Below, piece by piece: positions 34,293-37,950 of a DNA stretch of 37,950 bases. Made by a program: the position numbers and the translations under genes. The stretch is from Variovorax sp. (GTDB lineage: Bacteria > Pseudomonadota > Gammaproteobacteria > Burkholderiales > Burkholderiaceae_C): contig JANPAK010000035.1 of NCBI GenBank assembly GCA_031429925.1, forward strand, positions 1 to 37,950. The letters are read 5' to 3'. The notes beneath the pieces were generated by a model, which had not been told where the DNA came from, did no database searches, and worked only from the letters and a program-made list of their open reading frames with translations. The stretch's first letter is position 1; every line of letters starts with the position of its first letter.

Positions 34293-35291
34293 ATGAAAAA
34301 AATGAAGATCCAACGTATTTGTATCGTGGGCGCAGGCAGTATCGGTGGCTGGATCGGCGCGAAGCTCTCGCGCTGCGCGGGCGTGCAGCTCAGTGTGTTT
34401 GCGCGTGGCCTAACGCTAGATGTGCTGCAACGGGATGGTTTGCAACTGCATCTGAAAGACAGCCAGATTCAAACCAAGGTGAAAGCGTCCAACGATGCTG
34501 CGATGCTGGGCGAACAGGATCTTGTCATCCTCGCGGTGAAAGCACCGGCCGTGCGCGACGTGGCTAAGCAGATCGTGCCACTGTTGGGCAAAGAGACGAT
34601 GCTTCTGTCTGCGATGAATGGCGTTCCTTGGTGGTTCTTCGATGGCTTTGGCGATGCTCTGATTGGCCAGCGCTTGCAAAGCATCGATCCAGACGGCGAG
34701 ATTGCCCAGCACCTTCCTGCGCAGCTCATCATTGGCTCGGTCGTGCATGCCAGCTGCGCCGTACGCAGCCCTGGCGTGATCCAACATCACTTTGGCAACG
34801 GCCTCATCATCGGCGAGCCCTCTGGTCACGCCACCCAACGTGTTCAAGCCTTGCTGGCCTTGTTGCAAGAAGCTCTCTTTGATGTCACGCTCTCGCCGCA
34901 GATCCAAAAAGACATTTGGTACAAGCTCTGGGGCAATATGACGGTCAACCCCGTGAGCGCCATCACTGGCGCGACGACCGATAAGATTTTGGGCGATGAT
35001 CTGCTGCGCGGCTTTATCAGCCAGGTGATGCTCGAAGCCAAAGCCATTGGCGAGCGCATCGGTATCCCGATTGCTCAGCGACCCGAAGACCGTCATCAAG
35101 TCACGCTCAAGCTCGGTGCATTCAAAACCTCGATGCTGCAGGATGTGGAAGCTGGCCGCCCGGTGGAGCTGGATGCGTTAGTGTCCGCCGTCAGAGAAAT
35201 TGGCCAGCTCAAAGGGTTACCCACGCCTTGGACCGATGCGCTGCTCGGTTTGGCGCGCGTCCATGCCCGTCAGCGCGCCCTTTACCCTTAA
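34293..35291 (+). CDS. 2-dehydropantoate 2-reductase (ketopantoate reductase) family protein
   Basis: GAGSIG, LAVK, MNG, WYKLWGN and TSMLQD..GR..E. Start at 34293 or 34302. Confidence 0.9.
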   Translation: MKKMKIQRICIVGAGSIGGWIGAKLSRCAGVQLSVFARGLTLDVLQRDGLQLHLKDSQIQTKVKASNDAAMLGEQDLVILAVKAPAVRDVAKQIVPLLGKETMLLSAMNGVPWWFFDGFGDALIGQRLQSIDPDGEIAQHLPAQLIIGSVVHASCAVRSPGVIQHHFGNGLIIGEPSGHATQRVQALLALLQEALFDVTLSPQIQKDIWYKLWGNMTVNPVSAITGATTDKILGDDLLRGFISQVMLEAKAIGERIGIPIAQRPEDRHQVTLKLGAFKTSMLQDVEAGRPVELDALVSAVREIGQLKGLPTPWTDALLGLARVHARQRALYP

Positions 35292-35323
35292 TGAAAAAGC
35301 CGCTCAATTGAGCGGCTTTTTCA
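35292..35323. terminator. Bidirectional rho-independent terminator
   Basis: Perfect palindrome TGAAAAAGCCGCTCAA/TTGAGCGGCTTTTTCA between convergent genes. Confidence 0.9.
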
Positions 35324-35339
35324 GGCGATCGAACAAAGA

Positions 35340-35885
35340 TCACGCAGCCGCGAGCCAATAGCCTGCGTTGAATGGGGAGCTCATACGCAGCGCCAGTGGC
35401 GATACATCAACCAGCTTATCCGTTGGCATCTTTTCGCCATCGGTTTCTTCTTCTGTCGCTGGCGCAGCTTTGCCAGAGTTGGCGCGAGCTACAGCAAAAG
35501 AATAGAAGCAGCGGAAAGGCACTTTGCGATCATGCCAATAGTCAGCGATGTCGCGGAAGATATCTAGCAACTGCTCGCGGGCTTCCTTGTCGAATTTGGG
35601 GTTCGTAGGAATGTGCTCGAGCACAACGATGAATCCAGGCTGACTGCCCGATTTGTGAATCGGATCGGTAAGCACATCGTAAAGCGCGTCGTAGTTTTTG
35701 CCGAAATGGCTTGGCAGCTTCAATTGAATGGCAAGCAGATCCAACACATCTTGCTTGGACTGCGCCTCACCGATGCTGGCGTAAAGGAAATGATGCCCCA
35801 TTTCAGTCGCTGCATCTTGCAGCTCCTGGACACGGTGAGCACGAATAGATTGGACGATATTGGGTTTGGTATGACGAAGGGGCAT
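35340..35885 (-). CDS. Barstar-family RNase inhibitor with C-terminal extension
   Basis: P.HFGKNYDALYD.LTD barstar motif; directly downstream of a barnase-type RNase. Confidence 0.85.
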   Translation of the reverse strand: MPLRHTKPNIVQSIRAHRVQELQDAATEMGHHFLYASIGEAQSKQDVLDLLAIQLKLPSHFGKNYDALYDVLTDPIHKSGSQPGFIVVLEHIPTNPKFDKEAREQLLDIFRDIADYWHDRKVPFRCFYSFAVARANSGKAAPATEEETDGEKMPTDKLVDVSPLALRMSSPFNAGYWLAAA

Positions 35886-35950
35886 ATTGCTTCTCCGTTG
35901 ATCTCTGACTAAAAAAATAAAAACTCGGCGGTGTCAACTTCAGGCAGCGC

Positions 35951-36370
35951 TTATTGGGCGATGCGCTTGAAGCTGGCGTAATGGTCTTCGGTGTAGTAAC
36001 ACACCTCAGGTTTTACGGATTGGCTCCCGCCGCAGACAATCCGTTTGGCTCCGCGCGTGCGGGCGTAAGGCGTTTTGACCGTGTATTCACGATAGAACCC
36101 GCGTTTTTGTGCGGGTAGCATTCGCTCACGGTTGCCAAACACGGTGCCATCTTTCTCATAAGGAAAGGGGCCGCCGGCCAAAATCAATGCATAGGTTTCA
36201 CGGCCTTGCTTGGGCAAGTCGGCCAAAGCGATGCTTTGAGCGGCTGGCTCGGCTGCTGGGGTAGGGCCTTTGGCCTGAACCCCGGTAGCGGTCACTATGA
36301 TCAGGTAGAACACCCCAATGCTCAAAAGTGAGCAGGCGCCAACCCAAGTATGTTTGAACCAGCGCTTCAT
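35951..36370 (-). CDS. Secreted guanyl-specific ribonuclease (barnase/RNase Sa/T1 superfamily)
   Basis: Hydrophobic N-terminal signal, GGPFPY..DG.VFGNRE..LP, YREYTV, RG..RIV and YYTEDHY.SF. Confidence 0.92.
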   Translation of the reverse strand: MKRWFKHTWVGACSLLSIGVFYLIIVTATGVQAKGPTPAAEPAAQSIALADLPKQGRETYALILAGGPFPYEKDGTVFGNRERMLPAQKRGFYREYTVKTPYARTRGAKRIVCGGSQSVKPEVCYYTEDHYASFKRIAQ

Positions 36371-36542
36371 CGTGAACCCTGCAAGCTTTGTTTGCCAAAA
36401 TACGGGTTATCCCGTAATTCCTAAGCTCTCTATTGTCGCGCAAAGCTGAGAAATATGCAAGCCCTAGGGGTATCAACGCCTTTAACCATTGTGCTAGCTG
36501 GGTGTTTCTGGGTGGCAAAAAAATAAAATATGTAAGCGCACA

Positions 36543-37950
36543 CTATTTCAATATTGCTTGTCTAGATGCGTTTGCGTCAGCCACGGTCAGCGCTGTCATA
36601 TTCACAATTCGTCGCACAGTGGCGCTCGCTGTCAGGATATGCACCGGTTTGGCGCAGCCCAAAAGGACTGGGCCAATGGCGATATTGCCACCTGCCGCTG
36701 TTTTGAGCAAATTGTATGCAATGTTAGCGGCATCGATATTGGGCAAGACCAGCAAGTTAGCCTCGCCCGTCAGCGTGCTGTTGGGCATGATGCTCTTGCG
36801 CATGGCGGCGTCTAGCGCTACATCGCCATGCATCTCGCCGTCCACTTCTAGCCACGGCGCTTGCGCCCGCAGCAACTCCAGCACGCGGCGCATCTTGAGG
36901 GCGCTGGGCTGGTCGCTGGAGCCAAAATTGCTGTGCGACAAAAGAGCGGCCTTGGGCGATACGCCAAAGCGCACCATCTCTTCGGCGGCCATCACCGTGA
37001 TCTCGGCCAGCTCTTCGGCGTTTGGGTCGTAATTGACGTGGGTGTCAACGAGGAAGAGTTGGCGATCGGGCAATAGCAAGCCGTTCATGCAGGCGTATAC
37101 CGGCACATCTTGCTCCGTGCTCTCTGCGCCGCCCGGGCGCTTGCCGATCACTTGGTCGATGTATTGCAAATGCAGGTTGGTGGTGCCCCAAGTGCCGCAG
37201 ATCATGCCGTCCACATCGCCTTTGTGCAGCAGCATTGCGCCGATCAGCGTGAGGCGGCGGCGCATTTCAATCTTAGCGACCTGCGCGGTAATGCCCTTGC
37301 GCTCGGTCATCCGATGGTAGGTTTGCCAGAAATCACGATAACGGTGATCTTGCTCAACGTTGACAACGTCATAGTCAAGCTCCTCATTGAGGCGCAGGCC
37401 AAATTTCTCAATGCGTCGCGCGATGACAGCCGGACGCCCAATCAGGGTCGGACGCGCAAGCCCTTCATCCACCACGATCTGGCAGGCGCGCAACACGCGC
37501 TCTTCCTCGCCCTCGGCGTAAGCGATGCGCTTATTGGCAGCCTTCTTGGCGGCCTGAAAAATCGGCTTCATCGTGGTGCCGCTTGCATACACAAAGCTTT
37601 GCAATTTTTGCCGATATGCTTCCATGTCGGCGATCGGACGCAAGGCCACGCCGCTGTCTTGCGCGGCTTTGGCCACTGCTGGCGCAATCTTCATCATCAA
37701 ACGCGGGTCAAAAGGCTTCGGGATCAAATACTCAGGGCCAAAGGCCAGCTTCTCGCCGACATAGGCAGCGGCCACGACCTCACTTTGCTCGGCCTGCGCC
37801 AGCTCAGCGATCGCATACACCGCAGCAATCTCCATCTCAACGGTGATGGTGGAGGCGCCGGCATCGAGTGCGCCGCGAAAAATGTAGGGAAAACACAGTA
37901 CGTTGTTGACCTGGTTAGGGTAATCCGTGCGCCCGGTCGCCATGATCGCG
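36543..37950 (-). CDS. maeB: NADP-dependent malic enzyme with phosphotransacetylase-like domain (3' part; runs off window)
   Basis: ATGRTDYPNQVNNVLCFP, IPKPFDPRL, EGEEERVL, DGEMHGD and ANIAYNLLK. Confidence 0.95.
   Translation of the reverse strand, partial: AIMATGRTDYPNQVNNVLCFPYIFRGALDAGASTITVEMEIAAVYAIAELAQAEQSEVVAAAYVGEKLAFGPEYLIPKPFDPRLMMKIAPAVAKAAQDSGVALRPIADMEAYRQKLQSFVYASGTTMKPIFQAAKKAANKRIAYAEGEEERVLRACQIVVDEGLARPTLIGRPAVIARRIEKFGLRLNEELDYDVVNVEQDHRYRDFWQTYHRMTERKGITAQVAKIEMRRRLTLIGAMLLHKGDVDGMICGTWGTTNLHLQYIDQVIGKRPGGAESTEQDVPVYACMNGLLLPDRQLFLVDTHVNYDPNAEELAEITVMAAEEMVRFGVSPKAALLSHSNFGSSDQPSALKMRRVLELLRAQAPWLEVDGEMHGDVALDAAMRKSIMPNSTLTGEANLLVLPNIDAANIAYNLLKTAAGGNIAIGPVLLGCAKPVHILTASATVRRIVNMTALTVADANASRQAILK

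Overview
GC-rich chromosomal window from a Burkholderiales betaproteobacterium (Comamonadaceae-like, judged from gene content and protein sequences). It has no transposase, integrase, phage gene, rRNA/tRNA or CRISPR array that I could see. Left to right: bamE (partial), fur, pgpA, a CinA/PncC protein, an orphan TrpF-like gene, a LysR-linked module (Tat-exported nitroreductase-like lipoprotein, SnoaL-like protein, fluoroacetate-dehalogenase-like hydrolase), argC, sucC (in-frame TAG at codon 108), sucD and two TerC genes. Next is a ~11.4 kb signalling cluster: CHASE2 Ser/Thr kinase, PP2C phosphatase, FHA protein, CHASE2 adenylate cyclase, metallo-beta-lactamase-fold cNMP phosphodiesterase, GAF-fused PilB/GspE ATPase and M48 lipoprotease. 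Then come lemA with two TPM genes, a homoprotocatechuate (hpa) operon lacking hpaI, a ketopantoate-reductase-like gene, a secreted RNase/barstar pair and maeB (partial). Best candidates for undescribed biology: (1) the dual writer/eraser/reader cluster (phospho-Thr and cAMP) converging on an orphan GAF motor ATPase; (2) a 48-bp fixed-spacing DNA motif present 8 times, including inside coding sequence via rare codons; (3) a hairpin element present 3 times with a conserved purine-rich core and unrelated, strand-biased G-U/G-T stems. All family assignments come from motif recognition by eye, not database searches.
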